This document shows positions 47,501-54,453 of a stretch of 64,000 bases of DNA, one piece after another (the first letter of the stretch is position 1; each line of letters begins with the position of its first letter). Under the pieces are notes generated by a model. It was given only the letters and a program-made list of their open reading frames with translations. It had not been told where the DNA came from and did no database searches. The position numbers and the translations under genes are program-made. This DNA comes from Cloacimonetes bacterium UBA5284 (GTDB lineage Bacteria; Cloacimonadota; Cloacimonadia; Cloacimonadales; Cloacimonadaceae): contig DHSO01000052.1 of assembly GCA_002410505.1 (NCBI GenBank), positions 288 through 64,287 of the forward strand, read 5' to 3'.

Positions 47501-48613
47501 TGCTACCGCCGCCTGATCCAAAGCTGGGGCATGGCATACGGCATCTCCCGCGACGAGTTTGACAACGTGATGATAGACTACAAAAAACGCTATGACATTC
47601 AGCAAAAAACGCAATTCAGCCCTCAACAGATGCGAGATATGGTGCAAGACTACAAAAAGGTTCTCTCCCGCTATAATGTTGCTTTGGAACAAGATCCATA
47701 TCGCCAGCTATACAAATCCATCTCACACGTGCTGGATAGCTGGAATACCAAACGCGCCAAGATGTACAGGGCAAAGCTGCATATCGCCGAAGAATGGGGC
47801 ACTGCTGTGATCATCCAGAAAATGGTCTTGGGAAACATCTCACTACAGAGTGGTACCGGAGTATTGTTTACTCACGCTGATTGGTCCAAGGAACCGGGTA
47901 TATTCCTCAATGGAGATTTTACCTTATGCAGCCAGGGTGAGGATGTGGTGGCCGGATTGGTTCATACCATGCCAATATCCGAAGCAGAGCGCTTTCACCG
48001 CAATGGTGATATGTCTTTGGAAAAAGACTTTCCCGCGCTCTATCGGAGACTCTTGCGCTACGCCAGACAACTGATCGAGGAGCACAACTATCCCCATCAA
48101 GAGATCGAATTCACATTTGAGGGAAGCTCTGAAAAGCAGCTCTATATATTGCAGACTCGGAACCAGGTAATCCACAAAAACCCAGAATATCAGGTTTTGG
48201 GCACCTCGGATACGCAATTGGAGAGTATGGGCAGCGGCATTGGAATCGGTAAAGGCGCGGTGAGCGGAATCATCGTGATCAATCAAGAAGATATAACTTG
48301 CTTCAAAGACCGGGGCGAAGCGTTGATCCTGGTGCGCCCGGATACTGTTCCAGACGATATGATGATGCTCTTTGAGTGTCAGGGATTACTCACTTCCCGC
48401 GGAGGAGTGACCTCACACGCTGCCGTTACGGCCACTCGCCTGGGCCTCATCGGAGTGGTCAATTGCAGAGACCTGGTGGTAAATGAGGAAAATTCCACCT
48501 GCCGCATCAAAGATGTGGAATTGAAAGCCGGGGATATGATAACGGTGGACGCAAATGGAGGCACCATATACATGGGTAAATATCCGCTGCAAAGCGTACA
48601 ATCTTTGGTATAA
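44573..48613 (+). CDS. PPDK/PEP-synthase-like phosphotransferase: about 800-aa unknown N-terminal region + ATP-grasp nucleotide-binding domain + phosphohistidine swivel domain, with no PEP/pyruvate TIM-barrel
   Basis: 1346 aa, GTG start after AGGAAGAGGA. The C-terminal ~530 aa align by eye to pyruvate phosphate dikinase: PPGFVITTDLF, LLFSVRSGAPMSLPGAMDTFLNIGL, GTAVIIQKMVLGN, SQGEDVVAGL, LYILQTRN and GGVTSHAAVTATRLG (catalytic His). The protein ends about 55 aa after the swivel-domain His motif. Confidence 0.8.
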   Translation: MEKIVSKALTENLRATKVARIPLDESAQWLLDISRDFYGVNQRLRSFLDELYHPFVNPGITLSLMRASVLGDLWWFTKQNENPDKSIRIILDMYRKAETLCQKDIERKQLFSDFLEFSQALCEQDLPDVYHDLLLLLKDFIEQNLPLFIRLSTQARRTLISLGNKCPEPDIAPPLLRMILTEDLHYWQQSTDINRWLNALKNRPDDMDLSHLPNDKFYAHWQAHLSRALEPNDYKIVPAFTEIATLHRDYIREFSSLSHRVQYIFFLLGQATMLDMMDHLLWDLNRQLADMYQELSVDEVHDMIDTVFETLKHFIHTHMSIVLDCVLTIGKAVLKGNNSSLHKHIIEHIIDLGFTPPGEVRISGDWQIEVDKNHVKHLRILLELIAINPMQNKDLLAFTIISLSKYGVFISDTDLFQKDVSAFLGANLKPIFVQSKHLLRMFPVFFNEIGAEGEIRDASTNLDEMSQRKDRLIHFLRKQVHTESNNTHITLIERILRYWITQDPAPLEHIIPADVWENIQEIDERTLQQSHATKQFLADNHLTDTELLSLSWQKVEIIFANLEEDYYNKRLKLLCYCHFLLKDKYNLDPYDIVKFLSRYSFFDGNEQNRLRSSLTRRDYDSSIRQMLNYIGRLNTQILDPKPTSPWENIYYKRHIAAGIPSMYGMYREPKLEAMGMVFRLENVIRRLFERSVGQLNLNYINGKTMRRIVRILEIYDFAMQQEMVSSDAFSTALAMLSSVQNISNLSLEQYLDIFNLLKDSVNELANEYYYRFYDSQLARARTDDDSRTTSEIFAEEFYRNLLSASFLVQGLDNFITRILESLTQMRRLFSKENIVKLMSYDPDRLFFHLYTRNSRIENQVLLGSKAFFLKRMHQYEFPIPPGFVITTDLFRNREIINTHPDISSEFDQLLWDNLRKMERYTGLGFGNPQKPLLFSVRSGAPMSLPGAMDTFLNIGLTDQITLQLSQRPNYGWTAWDCYRRLIQSWGMAYGISRDEFDNVMIDYKKRYDIQQKTQFSPQQMRDMVQDYKKVLSRYNVALEQDPYRQLYKSISHVLDSWNTKRAKMYRAKLHIAEEWGTAVIIQKMVLGNISLQSGTGVLFTHADWSKEPGIFLNGDFTLCSQGEDVVAGLVHTMPISEAERFHRNGDMSLEKDFPALYRRLLRYARQLIEEHNYPHQEIEFTFEGSSEKQLYILQTRNQVIHKNPEYQVLGTSDTQLESMGSGIGIGKGAVSGIIVINQEDITCFKDRGEALILVRPDTVPDDMMMLFECQGLLTSRGGVTSHAAVTATRLGLIGVVNCRDLVVNEENSTCRIKDVELKAGDMITVDANGGTIYMGKYPLQSVQSLV

Positions 48614-48642
48614 CACAAAAAAAACATAAGGAGATCGCAAGC

Positions 48643-49893
48643 ATGAACCTCAGCTTACGGAACAAGAACCTCTTGGGTATCAATGGCTTGGGAAGAATCG
48701 GCAAGCTCTTGCTGTGGAATCAGATTCACCTGAGACACTTCGAAGGTATAGTAGTCAATTGTGGTCGCGATGTGGGCAAAACACTGGACGACCTGATTCA
48801 AGTGATCGAAACAGATAGCACTTATGGATCAATTCATAAGTTTCTGCATGGTGTAGTGGGAGGAAAAGCTGAAATCAAGGTCCTGGACAAAGATAAACCC
48901 ATTCTGGAAATCGATGGCATTCCTGTAAAGATACTCAGAACGGCTAGAGACCCCAAAGATATCAATTGGCTGAATGAAGGGGTGAAAGTGGTAGTGGATT
49001 GCACCGGTAACTTCCTGGATCCGACCATAGCCTCGGAAGGCGGCAAGCCTTGCCTGCGCGGACATCTGGACGCCGGAGCCTTGAAAGTGGTTTGCAGCGC
49101 TCCCTTCAAGATCAAAGGGACTGCTCAAACACCCACCGATGCCAGAACCATGATTTATGGTATCAATCACCTGGAATTCAACCCTTCCGAACACCATATC
49201 GTTTCAGCCGCGTCCTGCACCACCACCGGACTCTCCCACATGATAAAGCCTCTATTGGAAAACAACCTTACCTCCAGAATCGTAACGGCTTCAATGAGCA
49301 CCATCCATGCCGCCACAAACACACAGTCCATTCTGGATAGCGTACCCAAAACAGGAGCTACCGATCTACGCAAATCTCGAAGTGTGATCAACAACATCAT
49401 CCTCTCCACCACGGGAGCTGCGAAAGCTTTAGAACTGGTGATGCCGGAGATCAAACACATCGGTTTTATGGCAGATAGCGTACGCATCCCCACAAACACG
49501 GTCTCCCTGATCAACCTCAATGTAACTTTCTACACAAAGCTGGATGAACTGGGCGAGCCTCTCCTCAACCGAAAAGTAATCAATGATGTATATGCGGCAG
49601 CTTCCAAAGGCCCACAAAAGGATCTTTTGATCTATAGCGAACGCCAAAATGTATCCGCAGATCTGATCGGCAGCTTGGCAGCAATCACCATCGAAGCTCA
49701 CGAAACCCATACCAGAACCGGCTTTATCAGCTTCCCCCCGGAAGCCCTCGCCCAACAGGGACTGAAAACAGATAAACAACTGGAAATGCCCGTGACTCAT
49801 GCCAAGATATTCGGATGGTATGATAACGAGCTCGGTTCATACGTAAACAGTCTTTCAAAACTGACTAATTACATCGCCGATAAGAGCATGTAG
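48643..49893 (+). CDS. glyceraldehyde-3-phosphate dehydrogenase family protein (long, atypical)
   Basis: 416 aa with NGLGRIGKLL (NAD binding), SAASCTTTGLSHMIKPL (catalytic Cys; canonical is SCTTNC), STIHAATNTQS and STTGAAKAL. AAGGAG RBS. Confidence 0.78.
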   Translation: MNLSLRNKNLLGINGLGRIGKLLLWNQIHLRHFEGIVVNCGRDVGKTLDDLIQVIETDSTYGSIHKFLHGVVGGKAEIKVLDKDKPILEIDGIPVKILRTARDPKDINWLNEGVKVVVDCTGNFLDPTIASEGGKPCLRGHLDAGALKVVCSAPFKIKGTAQTPTDARTMIYGINHLEFNPSEHHIVSAASCTTTGLSHMIKPLLENNLTSRIVTASMSTIHAATNTQSILDSVPKTGATDLRKSRSVINNIILSTTGAAKALELVMPEIKHIGFMADSVRIPTNTVSLINLNVTFYTKLDELGEPLLNRKVINDVYAAASKGPQKDLLIYSERQNVSADLIGSLAAITIEAHETHTRTGFISFPPEALAQQGLKTDKQLEMPVTHAKIFGWYDNELGSYVNSLSKLTNYIADKSM

Positions 49894-49922
49894 ATACTTG
49901 CCGAAATATGGAAGCCCTGTTA

Positions 49923-49952
49923 GAAAAAAACGGGGCTTTTTTATTATGTGGA
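49923..49952 (+). terminator. intrinsic terminator
   Basis: AGCCCTG (49923-49929) pairs with CGGGGCT (49941-49947), including one G-U pair, across an 11-nt loop. TTTTT follows. Confidence 0.55.
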
Positions 49953-50108
49953 TTATTTTCAACACACATTTAAGCTCCATTAGTCAAATGCTTTGACGTC
50001 TTTTCAAATACAGAGCTTTTATCGGATATACAGATACGACTAAAAATTTGTTGACACAGAAAGCGAAATCGTTTTTTATATACTTATCTTTTTTGTTGGA
50101 GGATAGAA

Positions 50109-51413
50109 ATGAAAAAGTATTGTGTCTTTGTTTTGTTAGTTTTACCTCTTCTGTTAAATGCTGTATCAATCCGCGATTTCCTCAGGAACAGCGGGCCATC
50201 AGCCGGTCAACGTGGTACCGGTTATCGACTTCATGAGTCCATTGAATATCAAGAAAGCTTTTCAGAATGGATTCCGGCCACCAAGTATACCATGTACTAT
50301 GGGGGTGATACCAGTGCTCAACCGGATTCATTGTATTTCAATTACTACTATAACTCAGAATGGTCAGAAAACCCCTTTCTCTCCCGTCTCAGCTATAACG
50401 ATCATGGTCAGTTGATTGAGTCTGTCACGTCTATTTCTATATACGGGATGGAATTTCTCAGCACAAAAATGACCTTTGCCTACGACTCGCAGAATCGCCT
50501 CGTCCATGCCTACACATATGCTTATAGTTTGGATTATAATAACAGACAGGCTTGGGATCCGATGCATAGGTTGCATATAGTATATGGAGAGGGGACAGAA
50601 TTCTCCCTATACCAATGGGAAATCAGCGAAACTAAAAATGAAATGTATCAACGCAGCATATTTGATTTTGATTCCCAAGGTAGAATGACAACTGAATATT
50701 ATCAGATCTCTCAGGATTCTCTCTCATGGCAGAATGATGGCAAGTATGTAACCGAGTATCTACCCCAAGACAATAGCACCGGGGCAGTTTTTGTGAATTA
50801 CCTGACCGAGTTTTACCCTTTGGCAATGACGTATTTTCAGGATAGTCCCATTCCCGCATTGCTGGATGTGGAAACAGATTATAGTTATAATGGCTCTGAA
50901 TATATCCTGGATTCAAAGACTGAGCATCTCTATAACAGTAGCATGCAGCGCATCGAAAAAATCGATTTCTATTGGACGGGAGACAGCTGGCAGGAAGACT
51001 GGAAAGAAAGCTATGATTACGATGATATGGGAAACCTGACCCTATTGATGCAATTCGAATTCAATATGGATGACTGGAATGAGTCCAGTAAAAAAGAGTT
51101 TTATTGGGAAACCTATACCTCTGTGGATGATCCCACTACTCCAAGCTCAAACCTAATGCAAATCAAAGCATATCCTCAGCCTTTTAACAGCAGCATCACG
51201 CTGGAAGCTTCCGGCAAGACGGGAGTGGCAGATAGATACGATGTCTACAACGCCAGGGGTCAACTGATCCGGACAATCAACAGCAACGGCGTCGGCTCCG
51301 TGATCTGGGATGCCAAAGACAACCATGGCAGAGCTGTGGCAAACGGCATCTACTTTGTCCGCGCCACAAAAGACAATCAGCACAGCATCAAGCGTATCAT
51401 CAGAGTAAGATAA
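50109..51413 (+). CDS. secreted hypothetical protein with T9SS C-terminal sorting domain
   Basis: 434 aa with a signal peptide. Tyr/Trp/Asp-rich repeats. C-terminal IKAYPQPFNSSITLEA ... GIYFVRA is T9SS CTD-like. GGAGG RBS. Confidence 0.6.
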   Translation: MKKYCVFVLLVLPLLLNAVSIRDFLRNSGPSAGQRGTGYRLHESIEYQESFSEWIPATKYTMYYGGDTSAQPDSLYFNYYYNSEWSENPFLSRLSYNDHGQLIESVTSISIYGMEFLSTKMTFAYDSQNRLVHAYTYAYSLDYNNRQAWDPMHRLHIVYGEGTEFSLYQWEISETKNEMYQRSIFDFDSQGRMTTEYYQISQDSLSWQNDGKYVTEYLPQDNSTGAVFVNYLTEFYPLAMTYFQDSPIPALLDVETDYSYNGSEYILDSKTEHLYNSSMQRIEKIDFYWTGDSWQEDWKESYDYDDMGNLTLLMQFEFNMDDWNESSKKEFYWETYTSVDDPTTPSSNLMQIKAYPQPFNSSITLEASGKTGVADRYDVYNARGQLIRTINSNGVGSVIWDAKDNHGRAVANGIYFVRATKDNQHSIKRIIRVR

Positions 51414-51432
51414 AGTTCGTTTCCCTTATATC

Positions 51433-51463
51433 GGCCCGGGAGTTTGTAGCCCGGGCCTTTTTT
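51433..51463 (+). terminator. intrinsic terminator
   Basis: GGCCCGGG (51433-51440), loop AGTTTGTAG, CCCGGGCC (51450-51457), then TTTTTT. Confidence 0.85.
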
Positions 51464-51638
51464 GCCCGTATCCCCTGTATCACGTTTGGAAACAATTGCC
51501 ATAATCCATACCCGGTCCACCACCCGTTATTGTATGGAACTTCAGCCCTGAACTCCCGCAAGACTATATCATTTCAAAGAAGAAAGCTCATATTACATTG
51601 TTCTTGACTGTTTACTACGGCTACTGAACTTGGGGTTT

Positions 51639-52061
51639 ATGAAGAAAGTACTGATAATCTGTACGGGAAATTCCTGCCGCAGCATAATGGCAGAAGCTGT
51701 TATAAACCATTTTTTGAAGAAGCAATGGCAGGCCTTTTCGGCGGGGACACATCCCTCACACGTGCATCCCTATGCCATCAAAGCTTTGCAGGAATTGGGA
51801 ATAGAGGTGCAAGGTCTGCGCAGCAAATCCATCTCGGAGTTTTGGGATTCTGAGGATCTGGATCTGGTAGTTACAGTGTGCGACAGCGCCAAAGAAAACT
51901 GCCCTGTATTCCATAAACCGATCCCCCGCGTCCACATGAGCTTCGAAGATCCGGTAAGATACGGCGCACTGGATATTGATGAAGCCATGCAGGGCTTTCG
52001 CAAAGTTCGAGCCGATATCGTTGCCAGATTGTTACCTCTGTTGCAAGCATATGAACATTGA
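51639..52061 (+). CDS. arsC: arsenate reductase, thioredoxin-coupled LMW-PTP family
   Basis: 140 aa with the P-loop CTGNSCRS and a downstream cysteine pair VCDSAKENCP spaced as in pI258/Bacillus-type ArsC. Confidence 0.8.
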   Translation: MKKVLIICTGNSCRSIMAEAVINHFLKKQWQAFSAGTHPSHVHPYAIKALQELGIEVQGLRSKSISEFWDSEDLDLVVTVCDSAKENCPVFHKPIPRVHMSFEDPVRYGALDIDEAMQGFRKVRADIVARLLPLLQAYEH

Positions 52062-52740
52062 AGAACTAAAGCTAGAGCTGAAATATACAAGCAGGCGTGG
52101 TTCCCTCTGCTACTCCGTGAAGGATCACAATACACTTGCCGTAAAAGCGCCACACGGTACATCCTTGGATTACATCAGGGAAGATATATCTCGCAACTGG
52201 GATAAAGTCCATAAACTCTTTGAAAGTTACTATCTGGATTTTCCTGTTTGTGGCTTTGCAGATGGTATGAAACTCTTTCTAATGGACACTGAGATTATTC
52301 TCCGCTACAAGACTATGGACGGCATTGCGTTTCACTTTAATCCGGATGAAAACACTCTGTATGTAGCAAAGGACCTTCAAAATGAGGTGGAATCCTTGCT
52401 GAAGTGTTTCTTTTCCCACAAAGCCGAATACTTACGCGTAAGATGCCGGTATCTGGCTATGCAGCACAACTTCAGGATAAACCGCATAAATCTGCGCTGG
52501 GTTAGCTCAAAATGGGGATCATGCTCTGTGAAGGGGAATGTAACTCTAAGCAATTACTTGATTATGGCCCCCAAAGCCATTCAGGATTACATCATCCTGC
52601 ATGAACTGTGCCACCTGCGGCACATGAATCATTCCAAGGATTTCTACACGCTATTACAGAAACTGGATGCGCAGTACAAGGAGCACAGAGCATGGCTGAA
52701 AGACAAAGGTAGGGCCTTGAGAATATTCCATCAAAAATAG
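52051..52740 (+). CDS. YgjP-like M48/DUF45 metal-dependent hydrolase
   Basis: 229 aa from the ATG at 52051. WGSC ... HELCHLRHMNHSKDF (HExxH) is typical of the YgjP/DUF45 family. Overlaps the arsC end by 11 nt. Confidence 0.8.
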   Translation: MNIEELKLELKYTSRRGSLCYSVKDHNTLAVKAPHGTSLDYIREDISRNWDKVHKLFESYYLDFPVCGFADGMKLFLMDTEIILRYKTMDGIAFHFNPDENTLYVAKDLQNEVESLLKCFFSHKAEYLRVRCRYLAMQHNFRINRINLRWVSSKWGSCSVKGNVTLSNYLIMAPKAIQDYIILHELCHLRHMNHSKDFYTLLQKLDAQYKEHRAWLKDKGRALRIFHQK

Positions 52741-52750
52741 CAAAGACACA

Positions 52751-53530
52751 TCATGCTTGAGTTCTTTTGGGCTCTACATATTCATCCATGTGCTGATAGC
52801 GCCAGCGCAAAAAGAAGCTATCCAGCAAGGCCACAATGCCAAACAAAGTCATTGATAGCAAGATGATTACGATGATCACCGCAAATACATGAGCCGTGTG
52901 AAAGGACTTTGTAGCCCTGGTCATGTATATGCCCAATCCAGCTTTGCCCCCCAGCCATTCACCGATCACTGCGCCCATCACACTGTAGGTGGCAGCCAGC
53001 TTCAGTCCTGTAAAAAAGCCCGGTAATCCCGCCGGAAGCTTGAGATAGCGAAAGCACTTGTATCCCGACGCTCCCAGGGCTTTCATCAAGCGCAATTGAT
53101 CCACTGTAACCTGTTGAAATCCCTCAAACATACCTAAGGCAATGGGGAAAAAACAGACTAATACCACGGTGAATACCTTGGCGGAAATGCCATAACCGAA
53201 CCAGATGATGATAAGTGGTGCCACCGCGATGATCGGCACTGTCTGAGATACGACCAGATATGGATAGATAATCTGTTTAAACAGCTTTGAGACATCCATC
53301 AGAATTGCAGTAAGCGAGCCTATCACAATGCTGATAAGCAAGCCGGATATTGCCGCAGTAAGTGTGGGTTTCAGATGATGCCAGATCAGTTCATGGCTTT
53401 GGGTGAAAACCTCCATTACCGCTTTGGGATTTGGAATGATCCAAAATGCGATAACTGCTTTGGAGCTGATAATATGCCAGATTGCTAGCAGTATCAGCAG
53501 AAATCCCAGTGGGAGCAAAGACTTTTTCAC
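52751..53530 (-). CDS. ABC transporter permease (NitT/TauT-like family)
   Basis: 259 aa, six hydrophobic segments and an EAA-like loop (LMKALGASGYKCFRYLKLPAGLP). No ATPase or binding-protein gene is adjacent. Confidence 0.82.
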   Translation of the reverse strand: MKKSLLPLGFLLILLAIWHIISSKAVIAFWIIPNPKAVMEVFTQSHELIWHHLKPTLTAAISGLLISIVIGSLTAILMDVSKLFKQIIYPYLVVSQTVPIIAVAPLIIIWFGYGISAKVFTVVLVCFFPIALGMFEGFQQVTVDQLRLMKALGASGYKCFRYLKLPAGLPGFFTGLKLAATYSVMGAVIGEWLGGKAGLGIYMTRATKSFHTAHVFAVIIVIILLSMTLFGIVALLDSFFLRWRYQHMDEYVEPKRTQA

Positions 53531-54453
53531 ATCTCGCCAACCTGACGGATCTCGGTTTCCAGATGTACTTTAAAACGTTCATAAACAGTGCTCTGCACGT
53601 GTTCGATCAAGTCTTTCACATCTTTGGCAGTGGCCCCTCCCAGGTTTACGATGAAGCCACAATGCTTGTTGGAAATCGATGCACCACCAATTCTGAAGCC
53701 GCGCAATCCGCAATCGTCCACCAGTTTTCCGGTGAAATGACCTGGAGGTCGCTTGAAAACTGAGCCGGCACTGGGCATATCCATTGGTTGTTTATCGTTG
53801 CGCATTTGATCCAGCTCTTCCATACGTTTCAGTATATCTACACGGGGAGCGGGACTCAATTTAAACACTGAACTGAGGTGGATCAAACCCCTGTCTTGCA
53901 GGGCACTGTGACGATAACTGAACATATGAGCTTCTTTTTTCAGATGCAAAATGGGATTTGTACTTTGAAGGCTTTTCAGAGTAGGCGTAAGGCATTTGCT
54001 GCAATACAACACATCTTTGATCTCGCCTTCGTAGGCACCGGCATTCATGAACACTGCGCCGCCCACAGATCCAGGTATTCCACAGGCAAATTCCAGTCCG
54101 GAAAGCCCTTCTTCCATACAGAAGCGGCAAAGCTCCTTCAGGCTTTGTCCCGCGAAGGCGGATACATAGTTCTCGTCGCGCGTGATCTTGTTGAAGCCTT
54201 CCATACTGATCACTAAACCCCGAATGCCCTTATCCCCTATTAAGAGATTGCTGCCTTTGCCCAATATGAACCAGGGTATCTCGCGTTTGATGGCATATAT
54301 CAGCAGGTCGATCAGGTCCTTTTGAGTATCCGGTTTTGCCAGCACATCTGCCGGTCCACCGATCTTAAAACTGCTATATGGTGCCAGCGGTTCGTCAAAC
54401 AGCAGTTTTCCCTGTTCGGATAGCCGCAAAAACCTATCTATTATCTGTTTCAT
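53527..54453 (-). CDS. murB: UDP-N-acetylenolpyruvoylglucosamine reductase
   Basis: 308 aa. FAD-binding PCMH domain (GKGSNLL, GIPGSVGGAVFMNAGAYG-like) and C-terminal MurB domain (PSAGSVFKRP). Confidence 0.93.
   Translation of the reverse strand: MKQIIDRFLRLSEQGKLLFDEPLAPYSSFKIGGPADVLAKPDTQKDLIDLLIYAIKREIPWFILGKGSNLLIGDKGIRGLVISMEGFNKITRDENYVSAFAGQSLKELCRFCMEEGLSGLEFACGIPGSVGGAVFMNAGAYEGEIKDVLYCSKCLTPTLKSLQSTNPILHLKKEAHMFSYRHSALQDRGLIHLSSVFKLSPAPRVDILKRMEELDQMRNDKQPMDMPSAGSVFKRPPGHFTGKLVDDCGLRGFRIGGASISNKHCGFIVNLGGATAKDVKDLIEHVQSTVYERFKVHLETEIRQVGEM

Noticed and set aside
51639-52061. arsC as part of an arsenic-resistance island
   Set aside because: No arsR, arsB/acr3 or arsA is adjacent. 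The gene overlaps a housekeeping-type ygjP and has core-like composition. It could equally act as a generic LMW phosphatase.
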